Shown in pieces: positions 9,304 to 19,985 of a DNA stretch of 64,000 bases. How positions within the stretch are numbered: the first letter of the stretch is position 1; the number at the start of each line of letters is the position of its first letter. The stretch lies in NCBI GenBank assembly GCA_017462965.1, contig JAFTQC010000032.1:138026-202025 (forward strand), in the 5' to 3' direction. Under the pieces are notes generated by a model that ran no database searches, had not been told where the DNA came from, and saw only the letters and a program-made list of their open reading frames with translations. The position numbers were made by a program, and so were the translations under genes. The DNA is from Clostridia bacterium (GTDB lineage: Bacteria; Bacillota; Clostridia; TANB77; UBA1234).

Positions 9304-10620
9304 TTATATTATTTCTAGTAGTTCGGCTGATAATTTCTTGTATTTTTCAGGGTTATTTTTGAAATACTCTTTTAAAAGTGGGATAACACTGTATTTTACA
9401 AGCATTTTTATTTCTGAATCTGGCATTGGCTTGCAGAAATATGAGTGACCTATTTGCATACTTTCATCAAGTTCTAGATTAATTTCTTTGATTTTCTCGA
9501 TAACTGCAGCTAATAGAGGATTTTGATTATAAAAGTTTTTAAATTTTTCGTTATTGAAAACGGGGTTAATAGTATAAAAGCAAAATCTTCTTCTAAGTGC
9601 GTAATCAGAAAGTGCTAAATTATCGTCAAATGTGTTCATTGTTCCTATAATATAAAGGTTTTCAGGAACGTAAAACCTTTCTCTCGAACATGATAATTCA
9701 ATGTAATTTTCTTTACCTCTTTTATCAATTTCGATAAGAGAAAAGGCTTCTCCAAATATTTTAGGGATGTTTCCACGGTTAATTTCATCTATTATTACAA
9801 AGAATTTTTGATTTGGATTATTTCGAGCTTTGTTGCAAATACGTTTAAAACATCCGCGTTTGTATTTATATATACCGATATCATCTGGACGATACCCTTC
9901 GATGAATTCGTCATTTGAGTACATTTCGTGGAATTGAACGTTAAGCATCTTTTCATCATCTTTTGAACCGATGATAGAGAAGGCCATACGTCTAGCAATA
10001 TATGTTTTACCAACCCCGGGAGCTCCCTGTAATACAACATTTTTTCTGGCTAGTATTAGTTCACGAAGTTCATCATATTCAGCTTCGTCAAAGTATACAT
10101 CGTTAAGAAAATGTTCCTTTGAATATGCATCGTATATTTGATAGCTTTTTTTGGGATTTAGTTCGCGAAGCATGCTGTAGATTACTTCAAATTCGCGTTT
10201 TGAAAGCTTGAAAAGAGTACCTTGCATGTATCTAAAGACTTCAAGGTTTGCAAGCTCTATGTGAGTTTCCATATTGTAGCGTGAAACCGTATCTGTAAGT
10301 CCTTCGATTTTCTTTAACATGATTCGTTCATTTTCTAATTCTTGAACACAAATGCAAAGACCAAGTACTTCATTACTAGGCTCAACTTCATACGCAACAA
10401 CGATTTCACCACATTTAATTTCTGTAAAATTTTTATGAAGAGTTCTACTTGTTCCGTCTTCGTTAAGTGCGGAATAGTAAAAGCAATCATCTATATCTAA
10501 TTCTCTAAATTTAAGCATCTTTGGATTGATGCTAATCCACCAATAATTATTCATATGATTGTATGTGAAAGTATGTTTTTCACAATGCTCCTTCCTATAA
10601 AACTGCATATATATTATCAT
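9304..10620 (-). CDS. McrB-family AAA+ GTPase with an N-terminal EVE/PUA-like domain (candidate modified-DNA reader). No McrC partner is adjacent.
   Basis: Walker A QGAPGVGKT. McrB signatures FVIIDEINRGNIPKIFGE and NTFDDNLALSDYALRRRFCF. The N-domain pattern YWWISINP..F..L......R.L..NF..IK.GE.VV.YE is PUA-like. The true start is ambiguous (ATG at 10620, 10608 or 10554). Confidence 0.75.
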   Translation of the reverse strand: MIIYMQFYRKEHCEKHTFTYNHMNNYWWISINPKMLKFRELDIDDCFYYSALNEDGTSRTLHKNFTEIKCGEIVVAYEVEPSNEVLGLCICVQELENERIMLKKIEGLTDTVSRYNMETHIELANLEVFRYMQGTLFKLSKREFEVIYSMLRELNPKKSYQIYDAYSKEHFLNDVYFDEAEYDELRELILARKNVVLQGAPGVGKTYIARRMAFSIIGSKDDEKMLNVQFHEMYSNDEFIEGYRPDDIGIYKYKRGCFKRICNKARNNPNQKFFVIIDEINRGNIPKIFGEAFSLIEIDKRGKENYIELSCSRERFYVPENLYIIGTMNTFDDNLALSDYALRRRFCFYTINPVFNNEKFKNFYNQNPLLAAVIEKIKEINLELDESMQIGHSYFCKPMPDSEIKMLVKYSVIPLLKEYFKNNPEKYKKLSAELLEII

Positions 10621-10744
10621 GATTTATGGTAAACTTCAAGCAATGAATTAGCAAAAAGGAGCGTCCCTCTTGCTGAAAAAGGGCTGTTCCCGTTGCTAAG
10701 AACAAAAGTTTGTGATAATCTGATTAAGGATGGAGGATTATATA

Positions 10745-12793
10745 ATGGTAGATTTGGATATGGATTTGCGTTTTATAAAGGGTGTTGGTCCAGCAAGAGT
10801 GGAAATCTTGAATAAATTGGGACTTTTTACGCTGAAAGATATAGTTAATTATTTCCCGAGGGAATATGAGGATAGAGGAAATTATAAAAAGATAATAGAA
10901 GTTGTTGATGGAGAAACCGTTGCGGTTAAAGCAATTATAGCTTCAAATGTAAGTGAAACGAGAGTTAGAAGAAATATGGCCATATATAAGGCTATTGTTA
11001 GAGATGAAACTGGAAGCATGATACTCACATGGTTTAATCAGCCGTATATAAAGAAACAGCTAAAGATGGGGGAAGAATATTCTTTTTATGGCAAAATAAA
11101 GAATACATTTGGAAAAATAGAAATGCAATCACCGGTTTTTGATGAAAGCAGTAAGGCGAAAAATACTGGTAAAATTATACCGATATATCCATTAACAAAT
11201 GGAATTACACAAAATGTTTTTAGAGGAATTGTTGAATCTGCTGTGAAAACTGCTAGTGGAAGCTTGGAAGATTCGCTTCCTGAATGGATTAGAACACAGA
11301 ATAATTTGGATGATATTGAAACTGCAATAAAAAATATACATTTCCCAGAACATTTGGCTCAGTTTGATAAGGCTAGATATAGACTTGCTTTTGAAGAGTT
11401 ACTTACGATGCAACTTGGACTCTTGAGGTTTAAGGAAAAGGGCAAAGAAGATATAAAGGGGATTTCGTTTGAGAAAGATGAGAGAATGGATGAACTTTTG
11501 GCTACTTTGCCGTATACGCTTACTAATGCTCAACAAAAAGTATGGAAAGAAATTGACGCTGACATGAAAAGTGATAAGTCGATGAATCGACTTGTTCAAG
11601 GTGATGTTGGATCTGGTAAAACGGTTGTTGCTACTATGGCTATGTTTAAAGCGGTTCGAAATGGATATCAAGCAGCATTAATGGCTCCGACAGCAATTCT
11701 GGCGAGACAGCATTATGAAGGCATATCAAAAATGGTTTCAAGCTTTGGAATGAAAGTGCAACTGTTAACGGGAGATGTTACGAAAAAGAATAAACAAATC
11801 ATTTTGGATGAATTAAAGAATGGCGAAATAGATATGATAATAGGAACGCATGCTTTAATCGAAGAAAATGTTGAATTTAAAAATATTGGTCTTGTAATAA
11901 CAGATGAACAGCATAGATTTGGTGTTAGGCAAAGAGGAATTTTGTCTTCCAAAGGTGAAAAGGTAGATACGTTAGTAATGACTGCAACTCCAATTCCTAG
12001 AACGCTTGCGATTATTTTGTATGGTGACTTGGATATATCAATAATTGATGAATTGCCACCAGGAAGACAAAAGATAGATACTTTTGCGGTACGTCGTAAT
12101 ATGGAAGAGAGAGTAAATAATTTTGTTATTAAAGAGATTACTGATGGTAGACAAGCGTATATAGTTTGTCCGCTAGTAGAAGAGTCTGAGAATATGGATG
12201 GGGTAAAGTCTGTGACTGAACAACTTGAATATTATAAGAAGGTTTTTAGGGATTTTAATGTAGAAATGCTTCATGGGAAGATGCGTCCGAAAGAAAAGGA
12301 TGAGATAATGGCTAGATTTAAGGCGAATGAAATACAGGTTCTTATATCAACGACGGTCATAGAGGTTGGTGTTGATGTGCCTAATTCAACTATTATGATT
12401 GTCGAAAATGCAGAAAGATTTGGACTAGCTCAGCTTCATCAGCTTAGAGGGCGTGTAGGAAGAGGTAAGTTTAAGTCGTATTGTATACTTAAATATGATA
12501 GTAAGTCGGACGTTGTTAGGCAGAGAATGGAAATAATGCAAAAAAGTAATGATGGATTTGTAATATCTGAAAAGGATCTTGAATTAAGGGGTCCTGGAGA
12601 CTTTTTTGGTACGAAGCAACATGGTATACCAGAGTTTAAGGTTGCAAATCTTTTTGTTGATGTTCCTATACTTAAAGTAGCACAAAGTGTTGCAAATACA
12701 ATAAATGAAGATGATCCTGAACTTAAATTGCCAGAAAATGGGATGCTGCTTAGAAAAATAGAAGAATTATTTAAAGAAAAAATATCTTTGTAG
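10745..12793 (+). CDS. recG: ATP-dependent DNA helicase RecG.
   Basis: Wedge domain followed by helicase motifs (GDVGSGKT, DEQHRFG). Confidence 0.9.
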   Translation: MVDLDMDLRFIKGVGPARVEILNKLGLFTLKDIVNYFPREYEDRGNYKKIIEVVDGETVAVKAIIASNVSETRVRRNMAIYKAIVRDETGSMILTWFNQPYIKKQLKMGEEYSFYGKIKNTFGKIEMQSPVFDESSKAKNTGKIIPIYPLTNGITQNVFRGIVESAVKTASGSLEDSLPEWIRTQNNLDDIETAIKNIHFPEHLAQFDKARYRLAFEELLTMQLGLLRFKEKGKEDIKGISFEKDERMDELLATLPYTLTNAQQKVWKEIDADMKSDKSMNRLVQGDVGSGKTVVATMAMFKAVRNGYQAALMAPTAILARQHYEGISKMVSSFGMKVQLLTGDVTKKNKQIILDELKNGEIDMIIGTHALIEENVEFKNIGLVITDEQHRFGVRQRGILSSKGEKVDTLVMTATPIPRTLAIILYGDLDISIIDELPPGRQKIDTFAVRRNMEERVNNFVIKEITDGRQAYIVCPLVEESENMDGVKSVTEQLEYYKKVFRDFNVEMLHGKMRPKEKDEIMARFKANEIQVLISTTVIEVGVDVPNSTIMIVENAERFGLAQLHQLRGRVGRGKFKSYCILKYDSKSDVVRQRMEIMQKSNDGFVISEKDLELRGPGDFFGTKQHGIPEFKVANLFVDVPILKVAQSVANTINEDDPELKLPENGMLLRKIEELFKEKISL

Positions 12794-12795
12794 CA

Positions 12796-12850
12796 GGAGG
12801 GACGCCCCTTTTTGTGAAAAAATTTTCACAAAAAGGGGCGTCCCTCTTGC
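12796..12850. terminator. H1-type long palindrome (agggacgcccctttttgtgaaaa aatt ttcacaaaaaggggcgtccct) plus A/T runs.
   Basis: About 23-bp perfect stem directly after the recG stop. Confidence 0.7.
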
Positions 12851-13030
12851 TAAAAAAAATTATTATTTATGGTAAACCAGGCAGGATTTTGAAAAAATCC
12901 GTCGAATTATTATAATTATGGGTTGATAAATAAAAAAAATATTGCTAAAATATTGAAACAATTTTGCTAGACTTCACTTTAAAGATGAATAGCAAGAAAC
13001 AAAAAAAGAAAAAATAAAGGTGTGTATGTA

Positions 13031-14848
13031 ATGGCTTTTTATTCTGATGAAGTAATTGAAGAGGTGAGAGCGTCAAATGATATTATTGATGTAATATCAC
13101 GCTATGTTACTTTGCAACGCAAAGGCAACAGTTACTTCGGTCTTTGTCCATTTCATAGAGAAAAAACGCCTTCATTTTCAGCTACGCCAGATAAACAAAT
13201 ATATCATTGTTTTGGGTGTGGGCTTGGTGGAAATGTTATTCACTTCATTATGAAGGTTGAAAACATTAGTTTCAAAGAAGCAATAGAGTTTTTAGCAGAA
13301 AGAGCAAATATAACCTTGCCTGTAAGCAATTATGATATTGGTATGTCTCAAGACGAACTAAAGAAGCGAGAAGCAAATAAGGCTGAGATGTACGAAATCA
13401 ATAAAATTGCAGGAAGGTTTTTTTATGACAATATAGAAAAATCCAAAGTTGCGCAGGAATATATTTTAAAGCGTAAAATAGACAAGAAAACGGTTGCCAA
13501 ATATGGACTTGGCTTTGCATTAGATGATAATGGACTTACCAAATTGCTACAATCAAAAGGTTTTAAGGAAGAGAACATTTTGGGAACAGGTCTTGTAGGT
13601 AAGACAGAAAAAGGATACATGTATGATAAGTTTAAAAATCGATTTATGTTTCCAATTTTTGATGTCAGAAAACGACTTATAGCCTTTGGAGGAAGAACTT
13701 TAGAATCATCTGAAGTGATGAAAGCAAATGGAATTCCTAAATATGTCAATTCTCCAGAAAACCTAATATATTCGAAAGGCCGCCATTTATATGGCTTAAA
13801 TGTAGCCAAAAGTTCAAACGAAAAAATGAAACGTTTACTTGTCGTTGAGGGCTACATGGATGTGATTTCGCCACATCAAGCTGGCATAACGAATGTTGTT
13901 GCATCACTTGGTACAGCGCTTACAGAGCAGCAAGGAAGATTAATTAGACAATATGCAAATGAAGTTGTACTTTCGTATGACTCTGATGCTGCTGGACAAA
14001 AGGCTATGCAACGAGGAATTGAAATAATGCAATCACTTGGGGTACCAACCAGAATATTAAAAATGGAAGGTGCGAAAGATCCAGACGAATATGTTTTAAA
14101 ATATGGTCCTGAAAGATTTGAAAAATTAGTAGACAACAGTATCTCCCCTGCAGAATATAAAATAGATTTATTGAAGCAGGAGTATAACCTTAGTGATACA
14201 GCTGAAAAGATTACATTTTTAACAAAAATGGCGGAAGTGCTTTCAAAAGTTGACAACAATATTGAAAGAGATGTGTATGTTGATAAATACTCAACAGAGC
14301 TAAATGTTGGGCGAGAAGCGATAATTGCTGAAATTGAGAAAAGAACAATTCGAAGTTCTTATAAAAATAACAAATGGCAGCAACCGAAACCAGTTGTTTT
14401 AAATGTTGATGAAACAGCAGACGAGAAAGCAAAGCGTGAAAGAGAAAAGATGATAATATATCTTTTAACTTTGCAGAAAAAAGAAATTTTTGAAAAGCTT
14501 AAAGATGTTTATACAGAAGCAGATATTGAACTTTCTTCAAATAAAGGATTGATTAAAAGATTCTATAATTTGTATGAAAGTGATGATACTGCAAATAAGG
14601 ATATAATGCTAATTTGTGAAACAGATGAAGAAAAAAGTTTAGTTTCTGAAGTGATGATGAAGTCTAATACTCGTGATGATATTGACAAATTTGCTGCAGA
14701 AATTATTCGAAATATCGAAGTGGAGAAATTGCAAAACGAGAAGAGAGAAGTTTTAAAAAGACTTCAAGCTGATGATCTTACTGAAGATGAAAAAGGGTTA
14801 TTAGGAAATAAACTTCAAGAAATAATTATTAAACTTGCAAAGAAATAG
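13031..14848 (+). CDS. dnaG: DNA primase.
   Basis: Zn-finger CPFHREKTPSF..CFGCG and TOPRIM region. Classic dnaG-sigA arrangement. Confidence 0.9.
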   Translation: MAFYSDEVIEEVRASNDIIDVISRYVTLQRKGNSYFGLCPFHREKTPSFSATPDKQIYHCFGCGLGGNVIHFIMKVENISFKEAIEFLAERANITLPVSNYDIGMSQDELKKREANKAEMYEINKIAGRFFYDNIEKSKVAQEYILKRKIDKKTVAKYGLGFALDDNGLTKLLQSKGFKEENILGTGLVGKTEKGYMYDKFKNRFMFPIFDVRKRLIAFGGRTLESSEVMKANGIPKYVNSPENLIYSKGRHLYGLNVAKSSNEKMKRLLVVEGYMDVISPHQAGITNVVASLGTALTEQQGRLIRQYANEVVLSYDSDAAGQKAMQRGIEIMQSLGVPTRILKMEGAKDPDEYVLKYGPERFEKLVDNSISPAEYKIDLLKQEYNLSDTAEKITFLTKMAEVLSKVDNNIERDVYVDKYSTELNVGREAIIAEIEKRTIRSSYKNNKWQQPKPVVLNVDETADEKAKREREKMIIYLLTLQKKEIFEKLKDVYTEADIELSSNKGLIKRFYNLYESDDTANKDIMLICETDEEKSLVSEVMMKSNTRDDIDKFAAEIIRNIEVEKLQNEKREVLKRLQADDLTEDEKGLLGNKLQEIIIKLAKK

Positions 14849-14914
14849 CTTGTTTGTTGACTTGAACTAATTACAAATAATCTTATTAAAAAGTTAGGAA
14901 GGAATGGTAGTAAA

Positions 14915-16018
14915 ATGAGTGAAGAAAACAAAGACCTAAAAGAAATTAGCAAACAATTGGTTGATGCTGCAAATAAAAAAGGTGGTAGCATAACTTATAA
15001 AGAAATAATCGACATCTTAGAAAAACACCAATTGGATGCAAATCAAGTTGAAAAAATTTATGAAGTATTAGAGACTGCTAATATTGAAATTATTGAAGAT
15101 ACTGAGGAACCAGATTTTGAAGAGTTAGAGGATATCGAAGAGGAAGATATTAAACTTGAAGATATTGAAACAATGGATGTTCCTGATTCGGTTAGTGTTG
15201 ATGATCCTGTAAGATTATACTTAAAAGAGATTGGTAAAATCTCTCTTTTAACAGCAGAACAAGAGATTGAATATGCGAGCAAGATGATGGAAGGCGACGA
15301 AGATGCAAAGAAAAAGTTATCTGAAGCTAACTTAAGACTTGTTGTAAGTATTGCAAAAAAATATGTTGGTCGTGGAATGCTTTTCTTAGATTTGATTCAA
15401 GAAGGAAACTTAGGTCTTATAAAAGCTGTTGAAAAATTCGATTACAGAAAGGGTTACAAATTCTCAACATATGCTACATGGTGGATTAGACAAGCTATTA
15501 CAAGAGCTATTGCAGACCAAGCTAGAACAATAAGAATTCCAGTTCACATGGTTGAAACAATTAATAAATTGATTAGAACTTCTAGACATTTATTACAACA
15601 ATTAGGTCGTGAACCAACAATAGAAGAGATTGCTGCTGAGATGGAGATGCCAGTTGAAAGAGTAAAAGAAATTAAGAAAGTTGCTCAAGAACCTGTTTCT
15701 CTTGAAACTCCAATTGGTGAGGAAGAAGACAGTCACTTGGGTGATTTCATTCCTGATGATGATGCGCCATCACCTTCAGAGCTTGCAGCTTATACACTTT
15801 TAAGAGAGCAATTAGATGAAATTATAGAAACCTTGACACCAAGAGAGGCAAAAGTATTAAGACTTAGATTTGGTTTGGATGATGGTAAAGCTAGAACACT
15901 TGAAGAAGTAGGAAAAGAGTTCCAAGTTACTAGAGAAAGAATTAGACAAATTGAGGCTAAGGCTTTAAGAAAATTAAGACATCCAAGTAGAAGTAAAAAA
16001 TTGAAAGATTATATGTAA
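14915..16018 (+). CDS. sigA: RNA polymerase sigma-70 factor (primary sigma).
   Basis: Acidic region 1, and regions 2-4 ([24 protein letters not shown]). Confidence 0.95.
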   Translation: MSEENKDLKEISKQLVDAANKKGGSITYKEIIDILEKHQLDANQVEKIYEVLETANIEIIEDTEEPDFEELEDIEEEDIKLEDIETMDVPDSVSVDDPVRLYLKEIGKISLLTAEQEIEYASKMMEGDEDAKKKLSEANLRLVVSIAKKYVGRGMLFLDLIQEGNLGLIKAVEKFDYRKGYKFSTYATWWIRQAITRAIADQARTIRIPVHMVETINKLIRTSRHLLQQLGREPTIEEIAAEMEMPVERVKEIKKVAQEPVSLETPIGEEEDSHLGDFIPDDDAPSPSELAAYTLLREQLDEIIETLTPREAKVLRLRFGLDDGKARTLEEVGKEFQVTRERIRQIEAKALRKLRHPSRSKKLKDYM

Positions 16019-16039
16019 TATAAGGATGGAGGTTTATAT

Positions 16040-16732
16040 ATGAGAGGTTTAGAGAAATTCATTTTAATTGCGGTGTTTGTTGTTCCGATTGTTATCTGCT
16101 CTATAATATTGAAAAGTATTTGGAGTGACGATACAAATGTTAATGAATCAAAGAAGAACGACGTAATTGTGTCTATAGGGGAAGATACAGTATATCAAAG
16201 TGGTGATGAAATTATTTCAGGTGAAGATATTTCTAGTGGTTCTGATAATGGCAATTCTTCTGGAAGTCAAAGTGGAGAAGGTACAAAACCTGAACAAATA
16301 AGTAAATTATATACAGATGCTGTGATAGATGCTGTTTTAGCTGATGTATATTCTGCTACAGATGTTACATCTGAAAGAATTGGAACTATGGAGAAATATA
16401 CTAAAGTTACAGCACAAAAGTTTTCTGGCGGATGGTCTCAAGTCGCTGGTATAGATTCAAAAGGAATGAGCATTTCTGGCTGGATGAAGACGGATAATAT
16501 TTCGTTCCCATCAGATGTAAATGGTGATTTAAATGTTACACCTTCTAACGGTACAGGTGTTGTTACAGCAGAGCCATATTTAAATGTTAGATTAAATCCT
16601 TCAACTGATGCAGAAATTATTGCTACAGTTGACAAAGGAAAGACAGTTACAATTGAGGAAAGTACAAACGGATGGCACAAAATTACTGTAAATGGTCGTA
16701 CAGGATGGGTTTCAAGTGCATATATAAAATAA
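16040..16732 (+). CDS. Membrane-anchored protein with a C-terminal SH3b domain.
   Basis: N-terminal TM helix, and GWHKITVNGRTGWVSSAYIK at the C-terminus. Confidence 0.6.
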   Translation: MRGLEKFILIAVFVVPIVICSIILKSIWSDDTNVNESKKNDVIVSIGEDTVYQSGDEIISGEDISSGSDNGNSSGSQSGEGTKPEQISKLYTDAVIDAVLADVYSATDVTSERIGTMEKYTKVTAQKFSGGWSQVAGIDSKGMSISGWMKTDNISFPSDVNGDLNVTPSNGTGVVTAEPYLNVRLNPSTDAEIIATVDKGKTVTIEESTNGWHKITVNGRTGWVSSAYIK

Positions 16733-16750
16733 TAAAATAAGGAGGCTAAT

Positions 16751-19075
16751 TTGTTATCAATGTTTGCGATAACGATAGCGTTTCTAATAGGCATTATATG
16801 GGGGATATGCTTAGAAATTAAAATTCTAAGTATGTCTCTCATTTTTTTGTCTTTTTTTACGCTAGTGTTTGTTAAAAAATTTTACAAACAGATTTTTATA
16901 TTGCTATTTTTGTGCCTTTTTGCTGCCACATACACAAAAACTCAATTAAATGAGTTTGATAATAAGTATGCTACTGGAACGAATTTGAATTTAGAAGTTA
17001 CAATATTAACGCATAAGGAAGAATCTGAGTTTTACTATAAATATACTTGTAGAGCAGAGAATAAAGATAAATTCATTTTATTTTTTAGAAAAAATGCTAC
17101 GAATGTGTTTCGTATAGGTGATAAATTAAGCATAAATGGGGAATTTACAATTCCGGATTTGGCAAGGAACAAAGGTGGCTTTAATTATAGAAGATTTCTT
17201 AATTCGAACGGGATATATGGAAATATAAAAGTAGAAAATAATTTTGTAGTTTTGAAGCCTAATAAAAATTTGGTATATACAATGCAGAATCTGATTTATG
17301 ATAATTTTGAAAAAATATTTTCTAAGGAGCATGCAGGAATTTTAAGTGGGATGATTATTGGCGAAACTAGCAATATATCAGATGTTACGAAAGATAATTT
17401 TCAAAAGGCGGGAGTTACGCATCTTTTGGCTGTTTCGGGTTCTAATGTTGCATTAGTAATCACTTTTTCAAGTTATATATTTTCTAAAATATTTGGAAAA
17501 AGGTATAGTGATTATGTCTCGATAGTATTCGTGGTATTTTTTGTAATGTTAGCTGGTGCTTCACCTTCAGTAGTTCGTGCAGGAATAATGGCTATTTTGA
17601 GCGTGATTGCAAACATACTTATAAGGAAATCATCCAGTATAACTAATGTTTTTTCATCAGCGTTTTTAATTTTGCTCATGAATCCGCTTTCAATTTTGAA
17701 TGTTGGATTTGTGCTTTCGTTTGTAGGAACGATAGGAATTATTACGTTATCTAATTTTATAACTGATTTTCTAAAGAAATATATTAAAAATAAAATACTT
17801 CTTGAAACGGTTTCTATAACGATGGCTGCGCAAGTTGCGTTGATACCAATAATGTTATACTATTTTAATTCATTATCTTTAATTTCAATTTTTTCTAATC
17901 TCTTAATAATTCCAATTACAAGTTTAGTTACAATTTTAGGAATTATTATATTTGTTATTTCAATAATATTTATGCCACTAGCTAAATTAGTTAGTATACT
18001 AATTGTTCCGATGCTTAATTATATATTGGTTATAACTAAAGTTTGCTCTAAATTTGATTTTTTAAATTTATTGCTGCCAACTCCTAAAATATGGATGATT
18101 GTGGCGTTTTATGTGCTTTTGTGTTTTGAAGTTTATAAATTTAATCACAGGAATGATAATTATTTAGAAAAAGTGAGTTTTGAAAGAGAAGCTTCTTTTG
18201 TAGATAGAATGAAGAAATATACTTACACGATAATTGTGGTATTTATTAGTCTGCTTGTAATTAATAAGTTTATACCTAAAAACTATGTAGAGCTTACAGC
18301 TATTGATGTAGGTCAAGGCGATGCTTTTTTAATAATTACAGAAAATCAAAAAACGATTCTTGTTGATGGTGGTGGGAGCGAGACAAGTGATTATGATGTA
18401 GGGGCTAACATTCTGGTTCCATATTTGCTTGATAGAGGTATTATGAAGCTTGATTATGTATTCGTGTCGCATGCTCATGCTGATCATATTGATGGTATTT
18501 ATTCTGTATTAAAAAGTTTGAATGTTGGGAAAATATATATTGGCCCACAATTAGAAAACGATGCAATGATAGAAGAATTATATTCTCTTGCAAACAAAAA
18601 GAGGTTAAAAATTGAACAGATTAAAGCTAAAGATATGTTGACTATTGATGAGATAAAAATCGAAATTTTGTATCCTGGAAGGGCGGATATTGATACGAAT
18701 GTAAATAATTTATCTTTGATAATGAAGTTTACCTGTAACGGTAGAAAGATTTTGTTTACAGGGGATGCAGAGGAAAAAGTTGAGGAAAGTTTGGTTGCTG
18801 ACATCGAGGCCGACATTCTAAAAGTTGGACATCATGGTTCAAGAACATCGTCATCTGAAGAATTTGTAAAAAAGGTGTTGCCTAAAATTAGTTTAATAAG
18901 TGTTTCTGAGAATAATACATATGGTCATCCTAATAAGGATGTTTTAGAACGCTTACAAAAAGTTGGTAAGGTGTTTATGACGAAAGATTTTGGTGAAATA
19001 AATATTAGGATATATAAGAATTCAATGATGCATATTTTTACTTTTTTGGAGAATACTACCTTTATATTAAAATAA
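16751..19075 (+). CDS. comEC: DNA internalization-related competence protein ComEC/Rec2 with a metallo-beta-lactamase domain.
   Basis: Polytopic membrane region and HAHADHIDG motif. Confidence 0.85.
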   Translation: MLSMFAITIAFLIGIIWGICLEIKILSMSLIFLSFFTLVFVKKFYKQIFILLFLCLFAATYTKTQLNEFDNKYATGTNLNLEVTILTHKEESEFYYKYTCRAENKDKFILFFRKNATNVFRIGDKLSINGEFTIPDLARNKGGFNYRRFLNSNGIYGNIKVENNFVVLKPNKNLVYTMQNLIYDNFEKIFSKEHAGILSGMIIGETSNISDVTKDNFQKAGVTHLLAVSGSNVALVITFSSYIFSKIFGKRYSDYVSIVFVVFFVMLAGASPSVVRAGIMAILSVIANILIRKSSSITNVFSSAFLILLMNPLSILNVGFVLSFVGTIGIITLSNFITDFLKKYIKNKILLETVSITMAAQVALIPIMLYYFNSLSLISIFSNLLIIPITSLVTILGIIIFVISIIFMPLAKLVSILIVPMLNYILVITKVCSKFDFLNLLLPTPKIWMIVAFYVLLCFEVYKFNHRNDNYLEKVSFEREASFVDRMKKYTYTIIVVFISLLVINKFIPKNYVELTAIDVGQGDAFLIITENQKTILVDGGGSETSDYDVGANILVPYLLDRGIMKLDYVFVSHAHADHIDGIYSVLKSLNVGKIYIGPQLENDAMIEELYSLANKKRLKIEQIKAKDMLTIDEIKIEILYPGRADIDTNVNNLSLIMKFTCNGRKILFTGDAEEKVEESLVADIEADILKVGHHGSRTSSSEEFVKKVLPKISLISVSENNTYGHPNKDVLERLQKVGKVFMTKDFGEINIRIYKNSMMHIFTFLENTTFILK

Positions 19076-19082
19076 GGGAGAG

Positions 19083-19772
19083 ATGAGGATGCCTAAGTAT
19101 TTTGAATATGTTTTTCTTTTGCTTACGTTTGTTGTTGGAACTACGATTGGATTATATTCAGGAACTAATTTCACTCAAAATATAAATGAAATTGCTGAAA
19201 GTAGAATTACACGCAGTGTTCAAGACGCCGTAATTGCGAAGATTCAAGAAGAATATGACTTGAGAAAAATTGATGCAAAAGATTCTTTAGAAATTTTTAA
19301 TTCGGAAATTGCAAATATTGAAAATCGTATAAAAGCTAATGAAGATATAATTGAAGTTTCGGTTTCTGAGACAAAGCTTTCTACTTCTGCTGAAATGGTG
19401 GTAAAAAAGAATTTTTCACGTTGTAATCACAGTGAAGTGAATAGAATGAAAATACCTGCAGAGATAGTGAATTATACAGAGGATGAAGTTGAAGAAAAAT
19501 ACTCAGGTTGGACAATCGAGAAGTTCAGTGCGGATGAAATAGTTTTAAGCAAGGACATAGATGCCAACTGTACAGACCATTATGTTATAAAAGAAACCAA
19601 TGGTAAGGTGGCTGTATATAATGAAATTGCAGAAGATAAGATGAATTTTGTTGAACATATAGATATTGATCTTACACTTCTTTCGGATGCGGAAAAGGAA
19701 AAATTTGTTGATGGAATACGAGTGTATGGAAAAGAAGAAGTGAGCAGTCTAATAGAGGATTATAATTCATAG
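19083..19772 (+). CDS. Hypothetical membrane-anchored protein.
   Basis: N-terminal TM segment. The alternative start at 19089 is equally plausible. Confidence 0.5.
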   Translation: MRMPKYFEYVFLLLTFVVGTTIGLYSGTNFTQNINEIAESRITRSVQDAVIAKIQEEYDLRKIDAKDSLEIFNSEIANIENRIKANEDIIEVSVSETKLSTSAEMVVKKNFSRCNHSEVNRMKIPAEIVNYTEDEVEEKYSGWTIEKFSADEIVLSKDIDANCTDHYVIKETNGKVAVYNEIAEDKMNFVEHIDIDLTLLSDAEKEKFVDGIRVYGKEEVSSLIEDYNS

Positions 19773-19784
19773 CTAGAGTAATTT

Positions 19785-19978
19785 TTGGAAATTGGGACGG
19801 TTCCTTTTTCCAATTTTATCGAAAGACAACAAAAAAGTATTGTTTTTAAGCCTCAGACAACTCATTGTTCATTGCAACCATTATGCAATGAAAATGAGAA
19901 CTCGGCGACAAAAAACAATACTTTTTGTTGTCTTAAATAGTTTCTGTTTATGGAAAAAGGAACCGTCCCAATTTCCAA
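19785..19978. repeat. MITE-like palindromic element, copy B (194 bp). Same orientation as copy A and near-identical to it.
   Basis: Same 28-bp TIRs. Fills the gap between convergent genes ending at 19772 (+) and 19986 (-). Confidence 0.85.
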
Positions 19979-19985
19979 AAAATAT

